From Octopus bimaculoides (lineage: Eukaryota): a stretch of 64,000 nt of DNA. Where the stretch lies: NCBI RefSeq assembly GCF_001194135.2, contig NC_068983.1, positions 69,805,354 to 69,869,353 on the forward strand, in the 5' to 3' direction. Each line of letters opens with the position of its first letter. The first letter of the stretch is position 1. This document shows, piece after piece, positions 14,314-28,583 of this stretch. The position numbers and the translations under genes are program-made. Under the pieces are notes generated by a model. It worked only from the letters and a program-made list of their open reading frames with translations. It was not told the DNA's origin and did not search any database.

Positions 14314-15483
14314 GTAAGTAGAGCAACAATACACTTGATTGATGTTTATAATACATTCATGAGTTAAAAGTTAGTTTCAAACGATTAGTAATTCTCCTTT
14401 GCAGTGTCGCCTTTATATTTCTGTAACGATTAGTAATCCTTTGAGTGACCAGGCTTGAATCGAACTCAGAACACCAAGAAACACAACTAAATACCATCAG
14501 GCACTTTGTCCAAGTACTTCCACAAATTCAGGCAAAGAGTACGGTCGATTTAATCAGCATCACTTCTTAAACAGTACAATTCAAAGATCTCACTGAAACT
14601 AAACAAACATAACGAAGTGCAGCGAATCCGTTTCTCTGCCACTCTACCAGTTCTACCATCGTCTGTTCTTTTTAGCATTATCACAACAGTATTATTAATC
14701 ATCCTTTCCAATATAGACACAAGGCCTGGAATTTGGGAGGAGTGACAAATGGATTACATCGGTTCAAGCGCTCAACTAGTACTTATTTTATCGACCCTAA
14801 AAGGAAAAGCAAAGTTTACTTTAGTGGAATTTGAACACCCTATTATTAATAATAAGTATTATTATCAATACTTCAAAACTGGGAATATGATTTTTGTTGT
14901 TGAGTAGCTTTAGATTAAGCCGGTTAATGATCAAACAACATTTCGTCTTTACTTATTATTTTCAGAATTAGTGTAACCCTTAACTGGACGGTGAATTAGC
15001 TGCAACGTTAGAGCATGAAACGAAATTCCACTGACGTATTTATTCCGTCCCCTTGCGTTCTGAGTTCAAATCTCAATGGGGCCAACTTGGTCTTTCACTT
15101 TTAGGGGCTGACGAGTACAGTGTGATAGTCTGGTCGATATAATGATATATATGTATATAGATAGATAGATATCATACATGTATTTATTCGTAAAGAAGTC
15201 TCGTCTTTTGGATATAGCTTGTCGCTTTTTTCTTGTGTTCTTTTGGCACTTATAAGTGTAATGTTTAATATAACTTATATTCAATCCTCAGCACTTAGCT
15301 GGCAATATAAAATAATTATCCGAGAATTAATACGTATATTTTGTAGGCGTTAACTTAAGAAAATTTTTTTCATTTTTTTAATTTCTTATCCTGTTTATAG
15401 TGTCATCCGTGTATAAGAAACACATTACATGCATTAAGCTTTCGTTGAATACTGATAAGAACGATTTTGTTTGCATTTTTCAG

Positions 15484-15644
15484 GTATTGTCATATTCACT
15501 TCTTTAGAAGTGTTTTCTGAAATGAAAAATTACCTGCAGAGATTTCAGATCCCTCAGGTTATTATTTGGGGAGAACTTCAAGAACCGCCTAATCCAACAC
15601 CATTCCAAACGATCATACGACTGAAATCAATTAAAAAGTCAAAG
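15484..15644 (+). CDS. class C GPCR exon, VFT1
   Basis: TTTTTCAG| acceptor, AAG|GTAACT donor; phase 1-0; GIVIFTSLEVFSEMKNYLQRFQIPQV..., cf. mGluR GVIG...NLLRLFxIPQI. Confidence 0.85.
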
Positions 15645-15705
15645 GTAACTAAAACTAATAAGTGTCAACATCATATTTAATCGGAACAGATGAAATTTCA
15701 ACAAC

Positions 15706-16062
<357 letters not shown>

Positions 16063-16499
16063 CGACAACAACATTATTATTGTTGTTGTTTGGCATTAGA
16101 TGAGATAGTGTATGTCGGATGGGTAGAGTAGACTGAATTTACCACAATATTCACATAACACGCACACGTACACACGCATACACACACGCATACACACATA
16201 TGGTTCAAAATTAGACAAAAAAAAAAGACAGATAAGCGAGGGAACGACAAGCAAGGTGTATTAGTTTACACTCAGAAAAAATAGAAGTGTCTTTGACGTT
16301 TCGAGCCTATGCTCTTCTACAGTAAGGAATGAGGGAGAAAACAGATGGAGAAAGGGAAAAAAAACGGAAAGAAAAGAGAAATGTGTGTCGATTAACAGTT
16401 AGGTGTGTTGAATATAATATATTATATCTGTTGTATTTAAGTGCTAACGATAGATTCATGTGGTACAAAAATTCGTCACGCAATGGAAAGAGGATGTGC

Positions 16500-16540
<41 letters not shown>

Positions 16541-17029
16541 TCAGTTGAACGCTACAGGCACGTGCACGCATACACGCACTCACACACATAAGAACTCTAT
16601 TGGCGCACACGCGCTAACTCACACAAGCAACAATTAACTATGTGTATATGTGTGATAGAGTAGTGGTGGGGTATATATGTGCTCACTCCATTTGTGTTCG
16701 TTGGAGTGTGTGCGTGCGTCTGTGTGTGTGTGTGTGTGTGTGCACGTGCCAATAGCATCATTTTGTGTAAGCACCAAGAAATTCTTCATTTTGTGCAAGC
16801 ACCAAGAGATTTGTATGCTTGTGATATTTCTTGATAACAGTCATGGTGGCAAAAATACATTTTCATAGTTATTCATTATAGGACGCGTAACACTTCTAGT
16901 AATTATATAAATATAAGACTTCTACAGTTACATAAACATGCATACATAAACACGTACACAAACACACACAGGCATGCATGTCCTCATATGTGGTCTTATT
17001 AAGTTTAAATTTTTTCTTGTCTTTTACAG

Positions 17030-17776
17030 GCTCTGGTGGAATTATGCCAATCTTTGGATTGGTCATATATTAACACTCGAGTGAGTGCAAGTGCTGATGC
17101 TTTAGAAGAATATAAATCCTTTTTGGAACAAGTAGCTCTTAGTGAAACGAAAATATGCATAGCAATGGAAGAACCCGCCAGTATTAACCAACAAAGTCAA
17201 TCCTCAACAGTGCTCTTCTTTAACAATGGATTAACTGACTCCGGACAACACGAAGCTGCTATGCTCAGCGATGCCACAAGTAAAATTACACTTTTTATTT
17301 CGGATAGTAATTCAGATCTAAAACAGATCGTATTAAACGCAACAACGAATGGACTTCTACTACGTGAAGATTTGCCACCCCTACAGAACTTTCCATTGGC
17401 TGATGTCCTTGTAAATAGATCTAACTTAATGATCGACAAGGCTGGCGAGATTTCTCGTCTTTGGCTTACCCAAAACCATTTCTGTAAAATAAACAACGAT
17501 GTCCTTGGTAATTGTGATATTCCTAGTATTCGCAGCGTTTTGTCGGAGGCTTTGAACTTGAAATCTATCCATGCTGTGATTAAAGCTATTAAAATGCTAT
17601 CTGGTGATTCTAATGTCACTTTAAACGACTCTACAACAGAAAATAACAATGTCACAAATATCACAAGAGCAGACGATAGCTGGAATGACGTTTTCAAAAT
17701 GTCGAATATCAAGAACATTTGGGAGATGAACACGGATTTCAGTCTATTTGCTACTGTCGGACCCGTTTTTGAAAAG
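17030..17776 (+). CDS. class C GPCR exon, VFT1 lobe II and C-terminal part
   Basis: TTTTACAG| acceptor, AAG|GTATGT donor; phase 0-0; 249 open codons; ALVELCQSLDWSYI (cf. AMVDIVxxxNWTYV) and KICIA. Confidence 0.9.
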
Positions 17777-18234
17777 GTATGTTGCTAATGTAAACTAGTG
17801 TAAATGAATAATGATGAAGTGGCAAAATGAAAGATACACTATTTGTAGAATTCCAATATTTTAATTGAATAAAAGTAATATTCAAAGATATTTACATATA
17901 TAGAATGTCTGCATGGACAGCTCAGCGTATAAATTGTAGAAATTAAACTCTCATTTCTTATTTTAGTTTAAACACAATTCTTAGAGGCAACTATCTCATA
18001 AGATAATAATAGCTAGTCGATAAAAGATTAATAAAAACCAATATTTTTTCTAAAGTCAATATATGAAAATATAGCTAATTAAGAACTGAAAGTACACAAA
18101 CTCGTACGTAATATTGTTCGTGTTACTTTGACATATTACACAAAGCTACTTATCTCTTTCTTACTAATACCAAACAGTATCATTCGTATATGTGTGTATG
18201 CGTGTGTGTGTGTGTTTGTGTGTGTGTGTGTATA

Positions 18235-19498
18235 CAGAGGTTGGACAAAAATAATGGAAACACCTAGCATCATGGCATCATAATTTTGAAATATCTATAA
18301 AACCGTCAAAAGCTTGTTTATTTTTATGTTTTTTTAATTTGATATTAGTGTAGCTTAATATGTTTTGCTAAAATTACTGTTTCTTTTCAGATACCATCAG
18401 AAAAAAAGTAATTAAAATTCATTAAAATGACATATCTATCGGATTTTCAAAGAGGTCAAATTGTTGGTGCTAGTATGGCAGGCGCTAGCGTAATGAAAAC
18501 AGCCGAAATGTTTGGTGGATCAAGAAGTACTGTCTCGAAAGTAATGACAGCCTCTGAGAAAGAGGAAAAAACCTCCTCATCGAAACAAAACTCCGGAAGG
18601 AAACCAAAACTTTCTGATAGGGACCATCGGATTCTTGCGCGAATTGTTTGAAAGGATCACAAAAGTACAGCTCCCAAAATTACTGCAGTGCTTAATGACC
18701 ACCTTGAGNNNNNNNNNNNNNNNNNNNNNNNNNNNNNNNNNNNNNNNNNNNNNNNNNNNNNNNNNNNNNNNNNNNNNNNNNNNNNNNNNNNNNNNNNNNN
18801 NNNNNNNNNNNNNNNNNNNNNNNNNNNNNNNNNNNNNNNNNNNNNNNNNNNNNNNNNNNNNNNNNNNNNNNNNNNNNNNNNNNNNNNNNNNNNNNNNNNN
18901 NNNNNNNNNNNNNNNNNNNNNNNNNNNNNNNNNNNNNNNNNNNNNNNNNNNNNNNNNNNNNNNNNNNNNNNNNNNNNNNNNNNNNNNNNNNNNNNNNNNN
19001 NNNNNNNNNNNNNNNNNNNNNNNNNNNNNNNNNNNNNNNNNNNNNNNNNNNNNNNNNNNNNNNNNNNNACTATTTAAGCATTTTATCTGATCAAATTCAT
19101 CCTATGGTTGCGGAACTGTTTCTGGAGGGAAACGCAATCATTCAGGATGATAATGCACCAATTCTCACAGCTAAAGTTGTTACTGAATAGCACGAGGAAC
19201 ATTTTATTGAAGTTGAACATCTTATCTGGCCACCACAGTCCCCAGATCTCAATATTATTGAACATTTATGGTGCATTTTAGAAAAACAAGTAAGGAGTCG
19301 ATATCCTCCACCATCATCGCTACAACAACTGGAGAGTGTTTTAGCTGAAGAATGGACAAAAATTCCTTTGGAAACAATTCAAACTTTGTACGAGTGCTTA
19401 CCTCGTAGAATTCAAGCTGTAATTACTGCCAAAGTTCCCATATCAAAATAAATTTGTTTGAAATTTTAAGGTGTTTCCATTATTTTGTCGAACCCCTG
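18235..19498 (+). mobile_element. Tc1-family DNA transposon, DD36E type, inactive (stops; central gap)
   Basis: ~30 bp TIRs CAGAGGTTGGACAAAAATAATGGAAACACCT / AGGTGTTTCCATTATTTTGTCGAACCCCTG, TA flanks; HTH region MTYLSDFQRGQIVG; QDDNAP...WPPQSPDLNIIEHLW. Confidence 0.9.
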
Positions 19499-19611
19499 TA
19501 TATATATATATACAGGGGTATACACACACACACACACACACATATGAATGACACTTCCTATTACAGAAAATTTGTGTGCATGTGTGCGAGAGAGCGGTGG
19601 GGTGAGAGTGT

Positions 19612-19653
<42 letters not shown>

Positions 19654-19890
19654 CTGTGTGTCTGTGAGTCTCTGTGTGTCTGTGTGTCTGTGTGTCTGTG
19701 TGTTCGTTTGTATTCTTGTACTGATTTCTGTCAATGGATTTCGGCCATGTAACATCGCTTTCAAGGATTCCTCTCGAGCATACCAATCCCAGAGTTTATA
19801 TCAATATCTATTTATCGGACCACTATGTTACATTTTTGATAAAAAGACAGCAGTAAAAATAAACGCAGACACAAACACACATACATACCT

Positions 19891-20229
19891 GAAGAGACTC
19901 CCTTCGGTCGTGAATGACCATGGGATTGCACCTAGAAAGTTACCCTCTGAGGCACAAGTCCGGGCAAGGTTGTTTGTGGAAGGCCAGCAGTCGCCCATGC
20001 ATACCAACCTCCCCTCTCCACACCATTGATGTTATCCATGGGAAAGGCAAAGGCCGATACAGCTTGGCACTGGTGATGTCGCAGCTCATTTCTACAGGTG
20101 AGTGAACTGGAGCAACATAAAATAAAGTGTCTTACTCAAGAACACAATACGCAGCCTGGTCCGGGAATCGAACTCACAACCTCAAGATCGTAAGCTCGAC
20201 GCTCTAACCACTGAGCCATGCGCCTTCAC
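19891..20229 (-). mobile_element. tRNA-derived SINE, family 4
   Basis: Minus-strand head GGCGCATGGCTCAGTGGTTAGAGC...GAGTTCGATTCC; headless second copy at about 45430-45620. Confidence 0.75.
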
Positions 20230-22149
20230 ATACATACCTACTAACCCACCTATCTACATACATGTTAGATGTATGTAGATCGGTGATGTCATACTCGTAG
20301 TCGAGTATGACATCACTGACCAGTTATCTTATCCTACATGTTAAAACAATACCTGTGCTGAAATTTAAAGCCAATAACATCTTACGCAACAACACTGAGA
20401 CTATTCTCTTCTCACCTACAAAGCTTAGTAGTCCAGAAACAAACAACAGTAACATCCGCGTCTACGGAATGAGGTGGGTGTTATTTCGAAATTTCCTTCT
20501 CTTAGATAGCTGTCTAAACAAATCACTTCTAACTGTTGGCTGGCCGTTTTCCGTATCGTGTTAATCTTTCCTGTGATAGGTTTTACTTTTCAGCCAGCAG
20601 AGCGTACAACGAAAACCACCCTCATTACCAAGTGCGCTTAGCAGGTATAGGCTTGCTGGTTTAGTCGCCGATGGCCCGGGCATGCAACATGTGTGTGTGA
20701 GTGTATATATATATATATATNNNNNNNNNNNNNNNNNNNNNNNNNNNNNNNNNNNNNNNNNNNNNNNNNNNNNNNNNNNNNNNNNNNNNNNNNNNNNNNN
20801 NNNNNNNNNNNNNNNNNNNNNNNNATATATGGGAGAATTTACGAAAAAAAACAACAGACGAAGACAGGTGGTGTAAACAACAAATGGATGTATTAGCTTA
20901 ACGTTCGGGAATAGAGAAAGTCTTTGACGTTTCGAGCCTACGCTCTTCAACTGAAAGGAACACAGAAAGAAACAAGGAGAAAAAAATATAAATGTAGTGG
21001 TCAGCGATCTATCAAAGAATTCTGTAAAGTTTCCATCCGCCAAATTCTATTCTCAATGCATGGCTTAAACCGAAGCTATGGCAAAAGACGTGAAGACACT
21101 TCCCCAAATTACTTACTGAATAGCTTCGCAAAATTACTTTCTTCTTGTAGTGAACGTATCGAAAAGTGTTGTCTTATGAAAACACGTGCATCGAAGTTCA
21201 AGTTGCTCTAGGAATCATAAAGATAAAACTTAAAAGCATTAATAGCAGTGCAGATGGTAAAATCAATGAGGATGACGGCAACAATACCAAAGGGTATTTA
21301 ACTGCATCACTTTAGGTTTTTAACTCACTTCCTACTGAAAACATCTTGGCCTTTCATCCTACCGGGATCAATGTGATTCCGTGCAAATATAAGAAATCAA
21401 TAATATTCTCCACCATGACGTACGGTGAAATTATTCAACAGCTGACGTGGGAGAATATTATCCTTTCCTGTTCCTTTTTTAGTAAAGATTTGCTCACACT
21501 GAGTGTATCTGCCCAAAACATATCCTTATACAAGGATACACCTACAGACACACATAGACGGATAAACAGATAGACACACGCACATAATACCCACTTACAT
21601 ACACATCATATGCATGGACATGCGCACGTACAATTTCACACACAGACACACATATGGATTTCTGAATGTTTGCGCTTTCAAACGAAGATAAGAGTAGCCA
21701 ATACAGAAAGTTGAGTTTAGTGTGTCTCTGAAGCTGAAGTTTCTTAAATCATTATTTTTGGTTTCATATTTCAAACAATTCAAGAAGCAAAGTAGAGTAA
21801 AAATATGTAAGCAAAAATATTCATAAACACATCGAAATATGATCAATAGTTGAGAATGGATAGGTAGAAAAACACGTTAGAAAATGAGTCGTACAATCGA
21901 CTTTTCAATTGTCATACAGAGGAACGTACAAAAATATGCAATATTTTCAAATTTTTAATATCATAAATGTAAAACTCTTAAAGAACAGAAGCTGGTTATC
22001 GGTGACGTTGTTTTCGTGTTGGTGAATAACTGAAGGATTTTTCAGTATGTGATAATCTTTCAGTGTATGGCAAACTCATTATGTAGGAAACAACCAATTC
22101 TAACAAGTTGGTATTTGGAAATTTTCACCACGGGTATCGTTGGAAGTGT

Positions 22150-23250
22150 TTGAAAGACTTCGCACATTCCAATCTATTGTTCACAATTGCCAAAGTAGTA
22201 GTAGAATGCTATATTTCTCCTAGAGACATTAGTAACCCAATATCATATCTTGGGTAATTAATTTAGAAGGACGTTCGTTCTCTAATGGGTCCATCGATTT
22301 TATAATTCATAATATCATTCAATAGACTCCTGATATATTTGTGCAATAAGATGGTCTTTCTGAGTGTCTGAATACGTAAATATGTTTTGAGATTTCTTAT
22401 TTAAAGGAATTTTTCTTAAGGCCGATATAGCTTTCTGTTTCACTGTTATTTGCAAGAGAACTTATTTCAATAAGCTAATCCGTTGAGCGAAGCCGTTGCA
22501 GTTATACAGAGGAAGAATTTTTCGTGTTCTTACTGATAAATTTTCTTCAGAATTCGGTTAAGTTGTCCCTCCCGTTACCTTACCACTATTTCTATCAAAG
22601 ATATTTTAATGTTTATGGTAAACAACTAAATGCTTATTTATAAGGTTTAGGAAAATCGTGACAACACTGGGACAAACATTTATGCTATATGAAGATGTAT
22701 ACCATAGAATATTTTGATTCATTTGTTCTTTAATATTAGTGCTTTTCTGCATATAATGTATTCTATCTTTGTGCCATTGTCTTTTAATGCATCACTGTAT
22801 CATGTGCTATATAGTTAAAAGATTCTTCATCAAAGCATAAGCTGAATATTCATTTACCAATATTATTAACTGAGTTTCTAAGCATTATTGCGGAATAACT
22901 GAAATTTATATGAACATATTGCAATTTCACATTTAGTTTGCTATAGAAGCAATGTTTAACAGCATCCATATCTAGAATTAGATTCCTATCTACAGTGATC
23001 TTTAATTCTCTGCGCGTTGAACATATTGATGAACTCCTTTCTAAATGTAACCATTGTGTTGCCATTCATGCTTCGCAAAAGGAATAAACCGTCATAACAC
23101 CAAAGATTGCATTCTATTCCGCAAAATATCTTTCCAAGTAAGTCTAAGACGCGCAATCCTATCAAGTGAGTGACCGACATAGCCACATAGTCCATTTCCA
23201 TAACTATAACATTCGATTCCTGGTCATTACATTTAACACAAAACAATTTC
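22150..23250 (-). mobile_element. degraded Penelope-like element (RT + GIY-YIG)
   Basis: Minus-strand peptides LWCYDGLFLL, ELKITVDRN, QNILWYTSSYSINV (cf. RNIIWFNPPYS) and ESYIGLKKNSFK (GIY-YIG YIG motif) occur in PLE order; frameshifts and stops. Confidence 0.65.
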
Positions 23251-23299
23251 CGTGAAATATCAAAGACTTCGTAACATACATAATAATGATAATATTGAT

Positions 23300-23494
23300 T
23301 TCAAATATTGGCACAAGGTCAGGAATTTCGGGAGAGGTGTAAGTCGATTATAACGATTATACTTATTTTATTGACCCCGATAGGATGAAAAGCAAAGTCG
23401 ACCTCGGCGGGAAGTGAACTCAAAGCGTAAAGACGGACGAAACGCTGCTAGGCTTTATGCCCGGCGTGCTAACGATTCTGCCAGCTCACCACCT
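23300..23494 (-). mobile_element. SINE family 2, CpG-intact copy
   Basis: Reverse complement of GGTGAGCTGGCAGAATCGTTAGCACGCCGGGC...GAGGTCGACTTTGC; related copies near 14.7-15.1, 28.1-28.4, 41.7, 46.65, 49.6, 52.2, 61.0 and 62.1-62.45 kb. Confidence 0.75.
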
Positions 23495-25200
23495 TATATA
23501 TACTAATAATATTAGTGTTTGAATCACAAACTGGAATAAAACCTCAATTGAATTCTGAGGCTTTTACAAGAAGGGAAATAAGTATAGAGGGATAAAATTC
23601 TACTATATTGAACTGTATAAATTTACCAAGGGGTTTATTATCTATGCTCATGAACCACTTCATAACTGGTAAGCTATTATTCCATAATGAAAATGAAAAT
23701 ACTTGTTAAATACTGCAAATTATGGAATCTAAAATATTTAAACTAAACTTACTTATCTAACTTTTTTCCGGGTTTATTAATCTATATTACAGTTTGGAAA
23801 AATATTATTTCTATCATCCTTATAAGTAATATATAGCTCACGTTGCGCAGAAGATTCTACTTTGCTGTATATTTTTAGGTTGGAAGCTATTCATTTTGCA
23901 CTTCTAAATTAATATCAGGGTAAGGATTAGAGTTGGTTTTCTTGTAGATATTGTAATATTATTGGAGAGGTGCCTGTAGTATGAGAAGTTATAAGTTTCG
24001 CTCAAATGTTTCGTTTCTTCCGAAGAAATATGCATGTATTCCGAAGTTTTTAATTCTTTTAAATCTTTGTTTAATATGTCTCCTATCGATATTTACCGAT
24101 GAATTTCCAAGTATTAACTGGCTGAAAAAAAGTTTAATTTCCCCAAAAAATATTGGATAAATATTCAAAATTATCATTCAGTTATTATTCCACACTAAAA
24201 CTGCATTAATAGTAACCACCTTGCTTTTGTGTGTTTTACTTATATGATACAGTAGACAAGAAAAAATAATAAAACCACGTGTTGCTGCATGTGAATTGGC
24301 GAATATATCACAGACTTTGTTTATAACAGTTAGATAGATGATTATGTGGCAATTTTCTAACACTGTTTTGACTATCAATCAAATTGCAACGACTAATTGT
24401 ATTTCAATGTATTGCAAATATCTTTGTTTGTATATTATCGCGCTGCTTTCTTCGTTCAATCGTTTGAATAATCGGCAATCGGAAACATGAAACTCAAAGT
24501 AACGATTCAAGAAACTTTCATTTCTAATTTATCAAAGTTCAGCCTGTCTTTTAGGACTACAAAACCCAAAATATCCTTCCCTATTTAAAATAGTGGGTAT
24601 TGATTTGAAATATATGGCTACCAGAAATAAGTGACTCCTAGAAAATGCTGCAATCACATAGAAAGTCCTCTTTGAATCATATTCCGATGTATTACCTATG
24701 TATATAATTTTAAAAATTGCATGTTTGTGTGTGTGTGTAAGCAATTGTAAATGCATCAGTATCCCACAATACACACACACTCACACATCATGCTCACACT
24801 CATGCACACACACGAACTTACACACACGCACGCACACGTACATACATAGGTACGCTGGATTATGAATAAACATACACACGTGTGTATATGAATGCATGTA
24901 TCAATGCACATACGCACCTACAAACATACATACACAAGGTAGCTCATTTATTCGATAATTTATATCTGAATAGAGGTATATGCCTTCTTATATATGTTGG
25001 CATATATATATTTGTGTACATATATGTGAAAACGTGCATGGGTATTGTTATAGACATATACATATATATGCGCGTGTGTGTGTATGTGTGTGTGTACGTA
25101 TCGATGCATATATGTATATATGTACACATGTGTGCATATATGTATGTATGTATATATGTATGTATTTATGTATGTATGTATGTATGTATGTATGTATGTA

Positions 25201-25245
<45 letters not shown>

Positions 25246-26353
25246 ATAAGAATGATATAACGCGAGGATGGAAGACACCAAGCTTTAATAGTAGATCAGA
25301 AGATTTGTTTCTGCACCGCAGACCCATATTCATATACCATTATACAAAATTATACTTTATAATTGCTATATAGTTGAATGTTTTTCAGTAAGAGCTGCGT
25401 GTAACCGCTTCATCGGGTGGAATACGATTAAACACCCGGAATTTAATAATTTTATTGGTGGACAGTAATGTACATTTTATACCAAGAGAATTCAGAAAAA
25501 ATCCGACAGTGTTTGATGATATTCCACCCGATGAAGGGCTTACACACTGTTGTTGCTGAAAAATATTCAATTATAAGAATTATCTTGCATAATGGTATTT
25601 GAATATAAACTCAGCAACTTAATGCTAGTGTACGGCGCAGAAACAAATCTTCTGATCTACTATAAAAGCCTGGTGTCTTCCATTCTCCTGTTGTATTATT
25701 TTTGTATTAATCTTATGCATAGAGGAGTTCCGCATGTATCTAGCCCTGGAATTTATCCTACTGTAGAATAACATGTGGTAGCCAAATAAGCGCGCAAAAG
25801 CTCTTAAATGCCTGTTACGAGGTTTTTACTCGAATTATACTCTGTGTGGGTATGTGTGTGTGTTTTACTTTTTTTATCTGTATTATTGTTTGGTGCGAAT
25901 ATATTTCTTGTGCTATTCGCACTTAAAAACTTAGAGGACTTCGCATCATAATAACTGACTTCTTTCATCGGAATTATAGATTAGAAAAAAGAGCTCCCAT
26001 TGAATACTCTAGTTTTAGAAACACAATGAAAGAGAAAAAAGCAAGCGTATAGCCATAGCTAGTTTGATTTTGTTCATAGGTTTATTTCATTGTGTTTGAA
26101 CTATGGCTCAACAACTGAATCAATAATGATAAAATTAGGAATATATATAAACATCTTTTCGTTCATTTTCTTTAGTATCGAAATATTTGTTTATAACCAG
26201 ATGTGATTGATTTTAAAGAGATGAAAAATGTCACTTTAAAAGTTATTGTATTTTTGCTTTCATTTTCTTTTATAAATATTAGATTTTGACATTAATTCAT
26301 AGGAAAACATCACTATTTATCATCAGCCTTTTATTTTCTCATTTGTAACTCAG

Positions 26354-27694
26354 GTCGGTCAAATTAACGGATCATTCTACCCGTTGGATAAAACAAGATG
26401 GCGCTTAATTTCAGAGAAATTACATGGTTCGCATTGTCCAAGTTATTGTCCAGCTTGCATCCAATGTTCGCATAACAGGACTGAATTATCGGTTAGCAAA
26501 TTCGAAGAAGGAGACTTTTATGTTGCATTAGTACTTCCTGTTCAAAAGTCCCTAATATGTGATGAAACTAACCATGAAAACGAGTTGCTTGTTGATTATT
26601 TTTTGAAATCACTTCGCCAGATAAAAGAAAAGCCTTCGACTGTGACCGGTAGCAAGCTAGGGGGTATTGTCATAGACTCCTGTCACTCTCAAAGTGACTC
26701 CAAAAACATGTGTTACAGTTTTATTGACAAAAATGGCATCAAGCGAGCAGTAACTTCTGGTAACCTGTTATCCACTATTCATGTCCCCAATCTGAGCAAA
26801 GAGACTTACCAAGAACACCCAAAAAGAAATTCTCTTCCACCCAGCATTCACATCACAAAAATTGGATGCTTCTTTGACAACTTAAATGTTCAAAAGTACG
26901 TATCTGTAATTTTGGATGTCTTGGAATCACTTCGCTGGTCTTATTTAACTATATTACTATCAGAAAATCCAATCATGAAAGCAATTCATAAGGACCTTAC
27001 CAAACAAGCCAAAATGAAAAACATATGCATTCGAAATGTTATATTAATTGAAGATTTAAGAAGAGCTCAATTGCTTAATCAAAATAATCTTTTCTCTGAG
27101 CAAGATTCTTCGGCACTGGTTCTTCTAACTGATTTATCTGATACTTCTGAGTTTTTGCATTCAATTTCAAAACATTATGGTTCTTCTCATGTATTCAATT
27201 TTGTTTTCTTCCCATGGAATTCAAAAGCGATTTCGAATTTAGGATCTAATCTTTTCCAAAGTTCTATTTTCGTTGAAGTTAATAACCCAAAATCATATGA
27301 AATTTCCAGAAATGTCACCTCTTTGAATGTTTCTGAGCTAGAAAGTCAACTTGAAATGTGTCATTTAAGTCCTTCTGGGAAAATCTATTGTCCTGCGGGC
27401 AAAATTGTGAAGAAGTCGCAAAAATCGGTATTTTTTAGTTATTTGACAGCTGTACTAGAGGTTACTGCCACTGCTTTAGATCAAGTCAGTTCTAAATTAT
27501 GTTCCGGAAAGAAAGGACTTTGTAACGAATTTCTTGAATGGCCAAATGTAATGTCAAACTTCCGACATTTCCTGAAAACATCGCCTGTTTTCTTATTCGG
27601 TGAAAAAACACACTTTGAGGAGAGTGGAGCTCTGGAAGCCAACTTTGCCATGAAAAACCTTCGAAGAATAGGAGACGAATTTGAATGGATCCAG
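26354..27694 (+). CDS. class C GPCR exon: Cys linker + complete VFT2
   Basis: CTCAG| acceptor, CAG|GTAAGT donor; phase 0-0; 447 codons; EGDFYVALVLPV, LGGIVIDSC, LRWSYL, NICI, LCSGKKGLC. Confidence 0.93.
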
Positions 27695-28583
27695 GTAAGT
27701 GTCGAAATATCTTTTAGTAAAATTCAGAAAGAAAATAATGTTTTCGTAATAGCTCACATTTCAGTGATCCATATAAAATCACAACTAATATTTATATTTC
27801 TTGGAGATATTTTTAAGTTGTCAAGTAAGGAATTATAGAATTTGACTTTATTTTTCTGTTGTAAATTGTGCGAAAGATTTTCATAAACTTCTAATGTCAT
27901 AGTTGGAGCTTATAAGTTTACACGTGTGCATACAGTTTACTTCTATGTTTACAGTTTAAGGGCACATAACCTTTAGACCCACTTGTATTATCAGCCCCTG
28001 TGTAACCTCATCTACCCAAATGCAAGTTACTTTCGGTGAATTCAGATTTTTAATTGAATAAACATTCCATCCATATAACTATATAATCCTAGCAGGTTTC
28101 ATATCTGCATGGAGTAAGTAGAATCATAGGATTAAACTTTGGAACATGCCTAATACTCTTCGTATCAGTATAAGAGGTAGAAAAGGCAGAGTAGACTTTA
28201 TAGGCATGGTTGACATGAGAGAAAATTGAACATAGAATGTAGAAGGACGAAAGTAAATATTTCAGGGCATGTAGCCTAGTGCTTTGCCAGTTAAACTCCT
28301 AGCACTGGGGTGGATGTAATCAACTTACCTTCTCCTCCAAACTTGCTGGCCTTGTGCCAAAATTTGAAATCATTATTACAGTGTTCAGTATGCTCAATTC
28401 GTGAAAAGTTAAGTATAAAAGTGCCCTGGCTTAAATCACAGTTGTGTACGCTAACAAAAGAAAAAATCCGAATGGTTAAATATTAATAATGTTGGACTGC
28501 CTTTGTATAGATTATATGTACTTATATTTTAACAGAATTATAAACTATATCATTTGTCATGCATTTTCTCCATTTTTTCCTAG

